From Gammaproteobacteria bacterium (lineage in GTDB: Bacteria > Pseudomonadota > Gammaproteobacteria > Eutrophobiales > Eutrophobiaceae), in assembly GCA_965221335.1 (NCBI GenBank), contig CBDCSC010000001.1:288519-352518 (forward strand): 64,000 bases of DNA, read 5' to 3'. Positions 36,920 to 47,179 of the stretch are shown here, piece after piece. The notes beneath the pieces are model-generated. The model searched no databases and was not told the DNA's origin. It worked only from the letters and a program-made list of their open reading frames with translations. A program made the translations under genes and the position numbers. Numbering within the stretch: position 1 is the first letter of the stretch; each line of letters begins with the position of its first letter.

Positions 36920-37936
36920 CTACTTTTCTGATGAAAAGCGGGTGAATAAAGGTGTGGTTTTTTCCTCGAAACCGGCGCCGGTGCGGCGTATGAAACAGGC
37001 GGCGAGGCCTTGCTGCAAGGCCAGTGCAAAACCCTCGTCCGGCCCTAGCACCAGCAGGCCGGTTGCCCAGGCATCAGCCAGCATGGCCGATGGGTGCAGC
37101 ACCGTCACCGACGCGAGTTCGTGACTGACCGGGCGGCCGCTGCGCGGGTCGATCGTATGCGAATAACGGTTTCCATCGTGCTCGAAAAAATTCCGGTAAT
37201 CGCCGGAAGTCGCCATGGCCATGTTGTCCAGTCGGATCACCCGGTTCAGGCCGCGTTGCCCGGCAATGGGTTGTTCGATACCGATTCGCCACGGTACTTG
37301 TGCGCTGTTCACGCCGCGAGCGCGTATTTCCCCACCGATTTCCACCAGGTAGTTGTCCAGTTGCAGCCCGTCCAGGTACTCGGCAACCCGATCCACACCG
37401 TAGCCTTTGGCAATCGCGGAGAGGTCGATATAAATCCCGTCATGGGCTTTATTCAGGGTCAAAGCCGACGGGTCCAATTGCAGTTTTTCATAGCCGACCA
37501 GGGCTGATGCCAGGCGAACCTGTTCATCCGTCGGCACAGTGAAATCCTGGTCGGGACCGAAGCCCCACAGGTTGACCAGGGGACCGATGGTGACGTCGAA
37601 TGCGCCCTGCGTCAATCGGCTGATCCTGCTGGCCGCGTGTAACACGTGCATCAGTGACGGACTCACCGGGGTCCGGCTGCCGCTGCGCGCCGCGTTAATC
37701 ATTGACAGCTCGGAATCCGGCAGGTAAGTGGACATCTCCCGGTTGACCCGGTCGAGAATGGCCCTGATTTGCGCCTGCAGTTGCCGCCTCGGCTGTGGCA
37801 GCGCGTCGGCATTCACCAGCACGGACCAGCTTGTGCCCATCGTGAGGCCGGTGAATTCATGGGGTTCAGGCGGCCGCTCGGACCCGCATGAGGCCGTCAG
37901 CAGTAAACAGGCAATGATCAGCAGGAAATAACGCAA
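36920..37936 (-). CDS. apbE: FAD:protein FMN transferase (ApbE family lipoprotein)
   Basis: 338 aa with a lipoprotein signal (LLTASCGS) and ApbE family similarity (TMGTSWSV, DLSAIAKGYGVD). Confidence 0.75.
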   Translation of the reverse strand: MRYFLLIIACLLLTASCGSERPPEPHEFTGLTMGTSWSVLVNADALPQPRRQLQAQIRAILDRVNREMSTYLPDSELSMINAARSGSRTPVSPSLMHVLHAASRISRLTQGAFDVTIGPLVNLWGFGPDQDFTVPTDEQVRLASALVGYEKLQLDPSALTLNKAHDGIYIDLSAIAKGYGVDRVAEYLDGLQLDNYLVEIGGEIRARGVNSAQVPWRIGIEQPIAGQRGLNRVIRLDNMAMATSGDYRNFFEHDGNRYSHTIDPRSGRPVSHELASVTVLHPSAMLADAWATGLLVLGPDEGFALALQQGLAACFIRRTGAGFEEKTTPLFTRFSSEK

Positions 37937-37949
37937 CGGGACGACCCCG

Positions 37950-39743
37950 TTACATCGCGGCTGAGTTCCGCTCGCTGTTATCCGTTCGCCGGCGCGCCGG
38001 CATTGAGTGCCGGAAGTAGGGAATCACCAGTTCAATATCTCCCTTCAGATGTTTGCGCTTCACACGGTTCCAGTAGTCGGCCGTAAGCAGGTCGCCATGA
38101 ACCTCCAGGAACAAGGCACGCAACTGCGCGTCCATGGACAGGAACTTGATGAATTCTTCCGGGAATATATCGTTCTTGTTGACGTGAAACCACACGTCTG
38201 AACGCATCAGGTTTTCGTCATCGTCGCTGTCGGGGATATCGCGGAAGTCGCACTCGGTAACCAGCGCCACTTCATCGTAATCGTAGAAGACGACTCGCCG
38301 GTGCCGGGTCACGCCGAAGTTCTTGAGCAGCAGGTCACCGGGGAAGATATTGGTATTGGCCAGGTCCTTGATGGTCTGACCGTAGTCCAGTATGGCTTCG
38401 TTGGCGTCCGCACTCGTGACTTCCTTCAGGTACAGGTTCAGTGGCCGCACGCGACGCTCGATATAGACGTGATCGATAATTAACTTATCCTTGTCGATGC
38501 GCACGGTCTCCGCCGCTTCACTGAGCAGCTCTTCCAGCAAGGCAGCATCGAAACGGTTTACCGGGAACTCCAGGTTGCGGAATTCCTGGGTATCGATCAA
38601 GCGGCCGGCCCGGTCATGCTGGGACACCAGCCGGTACTTGTTCTGCACCTCCTCCCTGGTAATGGTCTTGGGATAGCCGAAATTGTCGCGGATAATCTTG
38701 AACACCAGGTCGTATGAAGGCAGGGTGAATACCAGCATCACCAGACCCTTATCGCCCTCGGCATGCACAAACCGGTCATCCGTTTGCTGCAGGTGGTGCG
38801 AGAAGATGCGGTGACGTTCGGTCTTGCCCTGGCGCAGCCTGCCCAATACCGTGTACAGTTCGTCGATCGGCTTGGCCGGCAGGATGGAGTTCAGGAAATG
38901 TACTGCGCCGATAACCGAATGCGGGTTGGCAAAGTAATAGGATCGGGTATAACTGAATACGATACTGACTTCTTCCTCAGACAACAGCACCGCGTCCACC
39001 TCGATGCCGCGGGCGGAATTTTTCAGGGCGATGATAATGGGGTTAACATGGTCCTGTTGGATGGTGCGCCCGATGAGATAGGCCCGGGCGGATTGAAAAA
39101 ACGCTGAATTGATGAATTCAAATCTCAGAAAGTCACCGTGATGCTTCAGGTTCGCCTGAAAATAGCGCTGGATATGCTGGCTGATGCTTGCGGAATCCGC
39201 GTTGATGTCCCTGTAGGGGACTTTGAATGCGAAGTCATCAAGAATGGTTTTGAACGTCTTGTCAAGTGAACCCCAGTAGGGGTAGCGGTTCAGGGTCAGG
39301 GTCTCCAGCGGGTTGAAGCCCTCGTCCGGCGCCGAGGATACGAATTCGAGATCCGGGTCTATGCCCACCGTGTCGAATATGCGCCGGATGATGGAATTGA
39401 AGAATGTCTTCATGAACCCGGCATCCGGCACGTTATACAGGCGCTCACCAAAATACCTGCGGGCGCTGTTCCAGAGCCGGCGGTCTGTTACCCTCGGTCC
39501 CAGGTTCTTGCGCAGCGAGATGACGATGCGGCGAACGGATTTTTCATAGAGTTCGACCCGTTCGGATATATCCTGTTGGTGCCCTCCCCAGTCCTGCTGT
39601 TCGAAGCGGCGTCGGGCGCGTTCCGTGATGCGCGTGAAGTTCTCGTTATATTTCAGGAATCCTTCGTAAATAAATTCCGAGATGCGGGCGATGGTCTGTT
39701 TGCGTTGCTCGGACAAGGGACGTGCCTGGTTACATGTTGGCAA
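37950..39743 (-). CDS. aceK: isocitrate dehydrogenase kinase/phosphatase
   Basis: 597 aa with AceK-family similarity throughout. It lies adjacent to icd. Confidence 0.8.
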   Translation of the reverse strand: MPTCNQARPLSEQRKQTIARISEFIYEGFLKYNENFTRITERARRRFEQQDWGGHQQDISERVELYEKSVRRIVISLRKNLGPRVTDRRLWNSARRYFGERLYNVPDAGFMKTFFNSIIRRIFDTVGIDPDLEFVSSAPDEGFNPLETLTLNRYPYWGSLDKTFKTILDDFAFKVPYRDINADSASISQHIQRYFQANLKHHGDFLRFEFINSAFFQSARAYLIGRTIQQDHVNPIIIALKNSARGIEVDAVLLSEEEVSIVFSYTRSYYFANPHSVIGAVHFLNSILPAKPIDELYTVLGRLRQGKTERHRIFSHHLQQTDDRFVHAEGDKGLVMLVFTLPSYDLVFKIIRDNFGYPKTITREEVQNKYRLVSQHDRAGRLIDTQEFRNLEFPVNRFDAALLEELLSEAAETVRIDKDKLIIDHVYIERRVRPLNLYLKEVTSADANEAILDYGQTIKDLANTNIFPGDLLLKNFGVTRHRRVVFYDYDEVALVTECDFRDIPDSDDDENLMRSDVWFHVNKNDIFPEEFIKFLSMDAQLRALFLEVHGDLLTADYWNRVKRKHLKGDIELVIPYFRHSMPARRRTDNSERNSAAM

Positions 39744-41028
39744 TCATTGCCTGGCCAAATTCGCTGCAGCTTACCTTGTTCGCGCCCTCCATCAACCGGG
39801 CAAAGTCATAGGTCACGGTTTTGGAGGATATGGTATTGTCCATACCGGAAATCACCAGGTCCGCCGCTTCCGTCCAGCCCATGTAGCGCAGCATCATCTC
39901 GCCGGAGAGAACCAGGGACCCCGGGTTGACCTTGTCCTGGTTCGCATACTTGGGCGCGGTGCCGTGCGTTGCTTCGAATACCGCGTGGCCGGTGTCGTAG
40001 TTGATGTTGCCGCCCGGCGCGATGCCGATGCCGCCGACCTGTGCCGCCAGCGCGTCGGACAGGTAGTCGCCGTTGAGGTTCATGGTCGCGATCACGTCAA
40101 ATTCTCTGGGTCGGGTAAGCACCTGTTGCAGGGTGATGTCGGCAATCGCGTCCTTGATGAGTATTTTGCCGCCTGCCAGCGCCTCCTCCTGCTCCTTGTT
40201 GGCCGCCTCCGAGCCTTTTTCCGCGCGGGTGCGTTCCCATTGGTCCCAGATATAGGTCTGCTGCGGAAAGGTGTTTTCAGCCAGTTCATACCCCCAGTTG
40301 CGAAACGCCCCCTCGGTGTATTTCATGATGTTGCCCTTGTGGACGAACGTTACGCTTTTGCGCTTGTTATCCATCGCATAGCGGATTGCGGCCTGGACCA
40401 GACGCCCTGTGCCTTCCCGGGAGATCGGCTTGATGCCGATGCCGGTGGTATCCGGGAAACGGATTTTCCGGTAATAGTTCGGAAACGCCTCTTGCAGGAG
40501 CTCGAGAAACTTTCGGTTGTCTTCGCTGCCTTGCTCGAATTCTATGCCGGCATAGATGTCTTCGGTATTTTCCCGGAAGATCACCATGTCCACATCCTGC
40601 GGGTTCCTGGTCGGCGATGGCACGCCCTTGAACCAGCGCACCGGGCGCAGGCATACATACAGGTCCAGGATCTGGCGCAGGGCGACATTAAGCGAGCGAA
40701 TACCGCCACCGATAGGGGTGGTCAGCGGCCCCTTGATGGCGACCAGGTACTCCCGGCAGCGGTCAAGCGTATCCTCGGGCAGCCAGGAACCGGTGAGTTC
40801 GTTGGCCTTCTCCCCGGCGAGTACCTCCAGCCAGCAGATTTCACGCTTGCCGCCGTAGGCTTTGGCCACCGCGGCGTCAAGCACCTGTTTGGATGCCCGC
40901 CAGACATCCGGACCGATGCCGTCGCCTTCGATGAATGGTATCACCGGGTTGTCGGGGACCTGTAATCGGCCGTTCTCAATGGTTATTTTTTGCCCTTCGG
41001 GGGATAGCGAACTCGCTGCGGTAGCCAC
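39730..41028 (-). CDS. icd: NADP-dependent isocitrate dehydrogenase
   Basis: 432 aa with Icd motifs ([30 protein letters not shown]). Confidence 0.85.
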   Translation of the reverse strand: MATAASSLSPEGQKITIENGRLQVPDNPVIPFIEGDGIGPDVWRASKQVLDAAVAKAYGGKREICWLEVLAGEKANELTGSWLPEDTLDRCREYLVAIKGPLTTPIGGGIRSLNVALRQILDLYVCLRPVRWFKGVPSPTRNPQDVDMVIFRENTEDIYAGIEFEQGSEDNRKFLELLQEAFPNYYRKIRFPDTTGIGIKPISREGTGRLVQAAIRYAMDNKRKSVTFVHKGNIMKYTEGAFRNWGYELAENTFPQQTYIWDQWERTRAEKGSEAANKEQEEALAGGKILIKDAIADITLQQVLTRPREFDVIATMNLNGDYLSDALAAQVGGIGIAPGGNINYDTGHAVFEATHGTAPKYANQDKVNPGSLVLSGEMMLRYMGWTEAADLVISGMDNTISSKTVTYDFARLMEGANKVSCSEFGQAMIANM

Positions 41029-41152
41029 TTCTTTAAATCTCCTTAGTCTGTAAATTTTTGCTATAGCTTATCATATCTTTATGCAATGCTGCTTACGCCA
41101 GCGGCGGCGGGTTTGGCATGAATGGCACAGCGCTCAAGTTGGTTAGTACGAT

Positions 41153-41887
41153 TTACCGGAATTCCCGAGGCTGAAAATCCGCCTGGTTGATGATACTGGC
41201 GCTGCTCCCCGTTGCCCGGATAACAAACAATCCCTGCCGCTCCGCATGAACATCGGCGGATTGCTCCACCCGCAGGTATGCGAGTGCGCCATATATCTGT
41301 TTGCCCCGAAAAACCGGTTCGTGTTCCGTAAATTTCGCCAGCTTATCCAGAAAGTGGGTTACATCCCGGGCATACATCGTAGTCTTTACTTCCACTACGA
41401 CCACCACCCCGCTGTTGATAGCGAGGATGTCATACTCGTAATGTTCTCCATTGCGCCGGCCTTTTATGTTGTTGTACGTCGACCTTACGTCTATCTGCCG
41501 CGCTTTTAACAAGGCCACCAGGTCGCCCTCCACCAGGCTCTCCATCAGCTTGCCCCATTGCCCGGTGAACAAGCCTTCCAGCTTTTTCATCCGTTTATCT
41601 ATACGGCGGTCAGTTTCCTTCATTTGCAGGTCAGTTTCTTTGATCGATTCTCGGGTTTCTTTGATTGATTCCCTGGTATCCTTGATAGACTGCCTGGTTT
41701 CTTTGAATAACTGCTCGGTTTTCCGCATCTCCCGGGAAACTTCCCTCTGCTCTTCAGATACCGTTCGCAGGATTTTCCAGATCTCTTCGGATGCGGGAGG
41801 TTGTTGATTCGGGTTGGATTCCATGAGTACCTTCTCCTGTTCAGAAATGACAGGATCGAGAATAACAGGAAGTCCGGAAGCCGTCAA
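41153..41887 (-). CDS. DUF3782-like protein: coiled-coil N-terminal region with 7-aa tandem repeats plus a C-terminal PD-(D/E)xK-like domain
   Basis: 244 aa. The N-terminal half contains SIKDTRESIKETRESIKET repeats. The C-terminal half has a restriction-endonuclease-like E...D...EVK pattern (LMESLVEGD ... YDILAINSGVVVVVEVK). Confidence 0.5.
   Translation of the reverse strand: MTASGLPVILDPVISEQEKVLMESNPNQQPPASEEIWKILRTVSEEQREVSREMRKTEQLFKETRQSIKDTRESIKETRESIKETDLQMKETDRRIDKRMKKLEGLFTGQWGKLMESLVEGDLVALLKARQIDVRSTYNNIKGRRNGEHYEYDILAINSGVVVVVEVKTTMYARDVTHFLDKLAKFTEHEPVFRGKQIYGALAYLRVEQSADVHAERQGLFVIRATGSSASIINQADFQPREFR
41610..41725. repeat. about five copies of a 21-nt coding tandem repeat (GGTTTCTTTGATTGATTCCCT-like) inside the DUF3782-like gene
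   Basis: On the minus strand it encodes the (S/E)IK(D/E)TRE heptad repeats. Confidence 0.55.
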
Positions 41888-41957
41888 AGTTATTTGTTGC
41901 TAACAATGGCTGGTAGGATTCATGTTGAATAGTTCCCCGATAAGATATAATCAAGAA

Positions 41958-41990
41958 AGCTCTGAACAAGTCCATCCAGGACTTGTCAGC
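41958..41990. repeat. Family-B palindromic element, copy 2
   Basis: AAGCTCTGAACAAGTCCATCCAGGACTTGTCAGCG, upstream of the DUF3782-like gene and adjacent to family-A copy 2. Confidence 0.55.
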
Positions 41991-42012
41991 GACGGGACAT
42001 CCCTGTAACGCT

Positions 42013-42041
42013 GGAACTTCTGACTTAATCTCAGAGGTTCC
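42013..42041. repeat. Family-A palindromic element, copy 2
   Basis: GGAACTTCTGACTTAATCTCAGAGGTTCC, ~55 nt upstream of the amidase start and 23 nt after a family-B copy. Confidence 0.6.
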
Positions 42042-42098
42042 TTAACCCGTAACGCAAATTCTTCAACTGAAGAATCACAAAACCGGGAACTACAGACC

Positions 42099-43607
42099 AT
42101 GACATTCGAACTTCCTGATATTGATGGGTTGAAACGCCTGGCCGCCGAGCTGAATCTGCGCCTGGATGAACCCAAAGGACGGCTGTTACTGGACTATCTC
42201 AAACCGTTTGCTGCGGGTTATAACTATATTGACCAGCGCCAGGATGAACTACCGGTCTCGCCTTGGGGAGGACGGGATTACCGCTACCCGCGTGCGGATG
42301 AGAATCCGTTCGGTGCCTGGCTCCTGAAATGCCATATTCAAGGTGCGCCCACAGGCCCGCTGTCCGGCAGAAAAGTGGCAGTGAAGGACAATATCTTTGT
42401 CGCGGACCTGCCGTTGACCAACGGCTCCGACGCGCTGTCCGACCTGGTGGCCGATTTCGATGCCACCACAGTAGACAGGTTGCTCAATGCCGGCGCGGAC
42501 ATAGTCGGCAAGACAGTATGTGAATACATGTGTCTGTCGGGCGGTAGCGCCACCTCGGCTAACGGTATTGTGCAGAACCCGCGCAAACCGGGCTATTCCA
42601 CCGGCGGTTCATCTTCGGGTAGCGCGGCGCTGGTCGCGGCCGGGGCAGTGGACATGGCCTTGGGGACCGACCAGGGCGGTTCGGTGCGCATACCCGCCAG
42701 TTGGACGGGTGTGGTCGGCATGAAGGCAACCCGTGGCGTGGTTCCCTTCAGCGGCGGCATACCCATGGAGTCGTCCATAGAATACATCGGCCCATTGACA
42801 CACAATGTGGCCGATAATGCTTTGTTCCTGGAAGTCCTGGCCGATGCCGGGGAGGGTGAACCGCATGATTTTAGCAGCAACCTGGGGAAAAGCGCGTCGG
42901 GACTGAAGATCGCCGTTCTGAAGGAAGGTTTCGGTTGGCCGTCTTCCATGGCCGAAGTAGATCGCTGTGTCAGGTCCGCGGGGACCCATTTCGCCGCCCT
43001 GGGGGCGACTGTGGAGGAGGTTTCGATCCCTGATCACCTGGATGGCCCGGCTCTCTGGGGCGCCGTGGTCACAGATGGCTTCTGGCAGACCTTGAGACTG
43101 AACGGGGTGGGATACAACCATGAGGATATTTACTCTCCGGCCCTGTTTCGGGCCATGCAGGATTGGACTGCCCGCGTTACTGACGCCCCGATCAACGCGC
43201 AGCTACTCTGGCTGCTGGGCCGGCACGTGGAAAGCTATGAAGGGCGCTACTATGCCAAGGCAAAAAATCTGGTCAGCAAGCTGCGGACAAGCTATGACCA
43301 GCCCTTGCAGGAATATGACCTGCTCCTGATGCCCACCACGGTGGCGACTGCCGCCGGCAATCCCGGTTCACAGCAAAATGCCAGCGCCGATGACATCATG
43401 GCTGCCGCATTCGGCAACACCTTGAACACTTGCCAGTTCAATGCCACCGGTCATCCGGCCATCTCCATTCCCTGCGGCCGCATCGATGGCCTGCCGGTGG
43501 GTCTGATGCTGGTGGGTCGCTATTTTGCCGAAAAAACCCTGTACCAGGCCGCTCACGCTTTTGAACAATCATTCGACTGGCGGGCTGGTTCAGCGTTGCC
43601 CCGCTAA
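42099..43607 (+). CDS. amidase-signature family amidase
   Basis: 502 aa with the AS signature GGSSSGSAALVAAG and the Ser-cisSer-Lys region. Confidence 0.8.
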   Translation: MTFELPDIDGLKRLAAELNLRLDEPKGRLLLDYLKPFAAGYNYIDQRQDELPVSPWGGRDYRYPRADENPFGAWLLKCHIQGAPTGPLSGRKVAVKDNIFVADLPLTNGSDALSDLVADFDATTVDRLLNAGADIVGKTVCEYMCLSGGSATSANGIVQNPRKPGYSTGGSSSGSAALVAAGAVDMALGTDQGGSVRIPASWTGVVGMKATRGVVPFSGGIPMESSIEYIGPLTHNVADNALFLEVLADAGEGEPHDFSSNLGKSASGLKIAVLKEGFGWPSSMAEVDRCVRSAGTHFAALGATVEEVSIPDHLDGPALWGAVVTDGFWQTLRLNGVGYNHEDIYSPALFRAMQDWTARVTDAPINAQLLWLLGRHVESYEGRYYAKAKNLVSKLRTSYDQPLQEYDLLLMPTTVATAAGNPGSQQNASADDIMAAAFGNTLNTCQFNATGHPAISIPCGRIDGLPVGLMLVGRYFAEKTLYQAAHAFEQSFDWRAGSALPR

Positions 43608-43631
43608 GGCAATAAGGTAAAATGGCGTTCC

Positions 43632-44036
43632 ATGAAAGCAATCTGCATACCCTATGGCGGATACTGGAGCACGCCGTTTGCCAAGTGGCAGGGCAGTCTG
43701 GCCCACTTGCAGTTTACCGGGGGCACTACCGGCAGACCCAAAGGCGCTGGTATCAGCCACCATTCCCTGTCCGTCAACCTGAGCCAGCGCGAGGCGATTT
43801 TTCCCACCCGAGACGATGTGGAACGGATGTTCTGCATCATGCCGCTTTTTCATTGTTATGCGGTGTCCATGTGCCTGCATGCCATGGTATATCGGCGCTG
43901 CGCCCTGGTAATCCTGCCGCGTTATCATCCCACAGAGGTCGTTGCCGCCCTGGTCAACGAGAAGATCAGCGTGTTCGCCGGCAGCCCCACGGTTTTTACC
44001 GGACTGCTGAATTATCCGGACTTTGCCGGGCTCTGA
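43632..44036 (+). pseudogene. fragment of an AMP-dependent synthetase/ligase (N- and C-terminally truncated)
   Basis: A 134-aa ORF with the AMP-binding motif FTGGTTGRPKG at residues 28-38; in intact enzymes this motif lies at about residue 150-200. It is followed by typical PLFH...GSPTVF segments. The expected ~300 aa of C-terminal domain are missing. Confidence 0.5.
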
Positions 44037-44054
44037 TAACAGGGAAAAACCTGT

Positions 44055-44435
44055 ATGGAGAGACACATGCAAAATAATCAGAATAACACCAACCCGGAAG
44101 TCTATCACCACCAGGCGGACAACCTGCCGGCCCATAGTTCCCATGACGACGATATCCTGTCGGAGGAGAAAGTCAATGCCTATTGGAGCGCCAATCTTCG
44201 TCTGTTGCTGATATTGTTGGCGATCTGGTTCACCGTCTCCTACGGTTTCGGCATCCTGCTTGTCGACTGGTTGAACCGCTTCAGCCTGTTCGGTTTCCGG
44301 CTGGGCTTCTGGTGGGCGCAACAAGGGTCGATATATACATTTGTGATCCTCATTTTCGTCTACGTGGCGCTGATCGGCAGGATCGACCGCAGGTTCGGCG
44401 TGGATGACGATGACACCCAGGGAGACAAACAGTGA
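44055..44435 (+). CDS. DUF4212 small membrane protein (SSS-transporter-associated)
   Basis: 126 aa with two TM segments. It overlaps the start of the following SSS symporter by 4 nt, the characteristic arrangement. Confidence 0.65.
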   Translation: MERHMQNNQNNTNPEVYHHQADNLPAHSSHDDDILSEEKVNAYWSANLRLLLILLAIWFTVSYGFGILLVDWLNRFSLFGFRLGFWWAQQGSIYTFVILIFVYVALIGRIDRRFGVDDDDTQGDKQ

Positions 44436-46204
44436 CGCCCCAGATGCTGATCTATATCGTAGTCGCTTTTACGTTTGCCCTGTATATCGCGATTGCCATC
44501 TGGTCGAAAGCCGCGTCAACCAGGGATTTCTACGTCGCGGGCGCAGGGGTGCATCCGCTGACCAACGGTATGGCGACTGCGGCGGATTGGATGAGCGCCG
44601 GTTCGTTCATTTCCATTGCCGGAATGATCGCCTTCTCGGGTTACGACGGTTCGGTGTACCTGATGGGCTGGACCGGTGGCTATGTCCTGCTGGCGCTGTT
44701 GCTGGCTCCGTACCTGCGCAAGTTCGGCCAGTACACCGTGCCGGATTTCATCGGTGAACGCTATTATTCCAGTTCAGCCCGCGTGGTGGCCGTGATCTGC
44801 CTGGTATTCATCTGCTTTACGTATGTTGCCGGCCAGATGCGCGGGGTAGGGGTTGTGTTCTCCCGTTTTCTGGAAGTGGAGATCACGACCGGCGTGATCA
44901 TCGGTATGGCGGTGGTCTTCTTCTATGCGGTGTTGGGCGGAATGAAAGGCATCACCTATACCCAGGTCGCGCAGTATTGCGTGATGATTTTTGCGTACAT
45001 GGCGCCGGCGATCTTTGTCTCGTTGCTGGTCACCGGCAACCCGGTGCCGCAACTGGGCCTGTCCTCCGAAGTGCTGGACGGATCCGGCCTCAGGGTGTTG
45101 GAAAAACTGGACCAGGTGCTGGTGGAGCTGGGCTTTGCCCCCTACACGGAGGGCAGCAAAAGCACCATCGATGTATTTGCGATTACCCTGGTACTCATGG
45201 CCGGCACAGCCGGATTGCCCCATGTTATCGTGCGTTTTTTCACCGTACCCAAGGTGTCCGATGCGCGCAAGTCCGCGGGTTATGCCCTGGTCTTCATTGC
45301 GCTGCTATACACGACCGCGCCGGCTCTCGCGGCGTTCTCGCGACTGAACTTCATTGATACGGTGAACAATACAACCTACCAGGAGGCACCGTCTTGGGTG
45401 AAGACCTGGGAAGATATCGGCCTGGTTGCCTGGCTCGATAAAAACGGGGACGGCAGGATTCAGTATGCCGCCGGCGATGCTTTTGAGGGCGCGCCGGTGT
45501 TTATCGAAGGGCAGGGAGAGCATGGTCAGAAACTGGTGGACAACGCGCCGCTGGACAATGTCAACGAGGTTTATGTGGACCGCGATATCATCATGCTGGC
45601 CAGCCCCGAAATTGCGGCATTGCCGCCCTGGGTGCTGGCGCTGGTCGCAGCCGGCGCGCTGGCCGCGGCGTTGTCCACCGCGGCCGGCCTGCTGCTGGTG
45701 GTGTCGGCATCCGTATCCCATGACCTGCTCAAGAAAACCCTTATGCCGGCTATCAGCGAAAAACAGGAATTGTTCTATGCCCGTACTGCGGCCGCGCTGG
45801 CCATCTGTTGTGCCGGCTACCTGGGCATCAATCCGCCGGGTTTCGTTGCCCAGGTGATCGCGTTCGCATTCGGACTTGCCGCCGCATCCCTGTTCCCGGC
45901 CATTTTCCTCGGCATTTTTGTGCGCAATATGAACCGGGAGGGCGCGATTGCCGGCATGTTGAGTGGCCTGCTGTTCACTTCGGCGTACATCGTATACTTC
46001 AAGTTCGTCAACCCCGCGGCCAGCCATCCGGATAACTGGTGGTTCGGTATCTCGCCGGAGGGCATAGGCTGCCTGGGAATGGCGATCAACTTCGCCGTCG
46101 CGTTGGCGGTAAGCCGCTTCAGCGCCCCGCCGCCGGGCCAGGTCAAAGCCCTGGTCGACGATGTGCGCATTCCCAGCGGCGCCGGGGTTGCGCATAAACA
46201 TTAA
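44432..46204 (+). CDS. sodium:solute symporter family (cation/acetate-type) transporter
   Basis: 590 aa with ~13 TM segments, SSS family. Confidence 0.75.
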   Translation: MTPQMLIYIVVAFTFALYIAIAIWSKAASTRDFYVAGAGVHPLTNGMATAADWMSAGSFISIAGMIAFSGYDGSVYLMGWTGGYVLLALLLAPYLRKFGQYTVPDFIGERYYSSSARVVAVICLVFICFTYVAGQMRGVGVVFSRFLEVEITTGVIIGMAVVFFYAVLGGMKGITYTQVAQYCVMIFAYMAPAIFVSLLVTGNPVPQLGLSSEVLDGSGLRVLEKLDQVLVELGFAPYTEGSKSTIDVFAITLVLMAGTAGLPHVIVRFFTVPKVSDARKSAGYALVFIALLYTTAPALAAFSRLNFIDTVNNTTYQEAPSWVKTWEDIGLVAWLDKNGDGRIQYAAGDAFEGAPVFIEGQGEHGQKLVDNAPLDNVNEVYVDRDIIMLASPEIAALPPWVLALVAAGALAAALSTAAGLLLVVSASVSHDLLKKTLMPAISEKQELFYARTAAALAICCAGYLGINPPGFVAQVIAFAFGLAAASLFPAIFLGIFVRNMNREGAIAGMLSGLLFTSAYIVYFKFVNPAASHPDNWWFGISPEGIGCLGMAINFAVALAVSRFSAPPPGQVKALVDDVRIPSGAGVAHKH

Positions 46205-46224
46205 CCCGGCTCTATTAAAGAGTA

Positions 46225-47148
46225 ATGAGCGAAACAACCAACAGGTTCACTGTTGCCGCGTTATATAAGTTCGTGCGCTTGCCGGATTTTCGCGAGCTGA
46301 AACAGCCGTTGCTGGAACGCTGCCGGGCGCTGGAGCTGAAGGGAACCTTCCTGTTGGCTCCCGAAGGCATCAATGGCACCGTGGCCGGCAGCAAGGAAGG
46401 TATTGATGCCATCCTGGACCACCTGCGTTCAGATACCCGTTTTACCGACCTGCTGCATAAGGAGTCGCGCGCTGCCAGGATTCCTTTTCACCGCATGAAG
46501 GTCAAGCTCAAGCAGGAAATTGTCTCGCTGGGTATCGCGGGTGTTGACCCGATACAACGCCAGGGCAGGCATGTGGAGCCGGAAGACTGGAATGCGGAGG
46601 TCTCCCGTCCTGACACATTGGTTCTCGACGTTCGCAACGACTATGAAACCGATATTGGCAGTTTTAAAAATGCGGAAAAACCGAATACCGGGACGTTTCG
46701 TGAGTTTCCGGATTACGTCAAAAAAAACCTCGACCCGGCGCAATACCCCCGTATCGCGATGTACTGCACCGGCGGGATTCGCTGCGAAAAAGCCTCCTCG
46801 TATCTGCTCTCGCAGGGGTTCACGGAAGTCGTGCAGTTGCAAGGAGGCATTCTCAACTACCTGGAAAAAGTTGACCACGACAACAGCCGCTGGGAGGGAG
46901 AGTGTTTTGTCTTCGATAGCCGGGTCGCGGTCGATCATGAGCTTGCGGAGGGGGATTATGAACAGTGTTACGCCTGCCGCCGACCGCTGAACCAGGATGA
47001 CATGGCCTCGGAAAAATACCAGCCCGGGGAATCTTGCCCCCGTTGTTTCGATGCTTTGACGCCGGAACAACGGCAGCGCTTCGGCGAGCGCCAGCGCCAG
47101 GTCGAGCTGGCGGAGAGTCGCGGCGAGCAGCATATCGGCACAGCCTGA
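46225..47148 (+). CDS. trhO: rhodanese-domain tRNA U34 hydroxylase (UPF0176/YceA family)
   Basis: 307 aa. The N-terminus FTVAALYKFVRLPD...LLAPEGINGT, the rhodanese Cys loop (YCTGGIRCEKA) and a C-terminal Cys cluster are present. Confidence 0.7.
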   Translation: MSETTNRFTVAALYKFVRLPDFRELKQPLLERCRALELKGTFLLAPEGINGTVAGSKEGIDAILDHLRSDTRFTDLLHKESRAARIPFHRMKVKLKQEIVSLGIAGVDPIQRQGRHVEPEDWNAEVSRPDTLVLDVRNDYETDIGSFKNAEKPNTGTFREFPDYVKKNLDPAQYPRIAMYCTGGIRCEKASSYLLSQGFTEVVQLQGGILNYLEKVDHDNSRWEGECFVFDSRVAVDHELAEGDYEQCYACRRPLNQDDMASEKYQPGESCPRCFDALTPEQRQRFGERQRQVELAESRGEQHIGTA

Positions 47149-47179
47149 CGGAATCCCCGTCGTTCAATGTGACGCGCGC

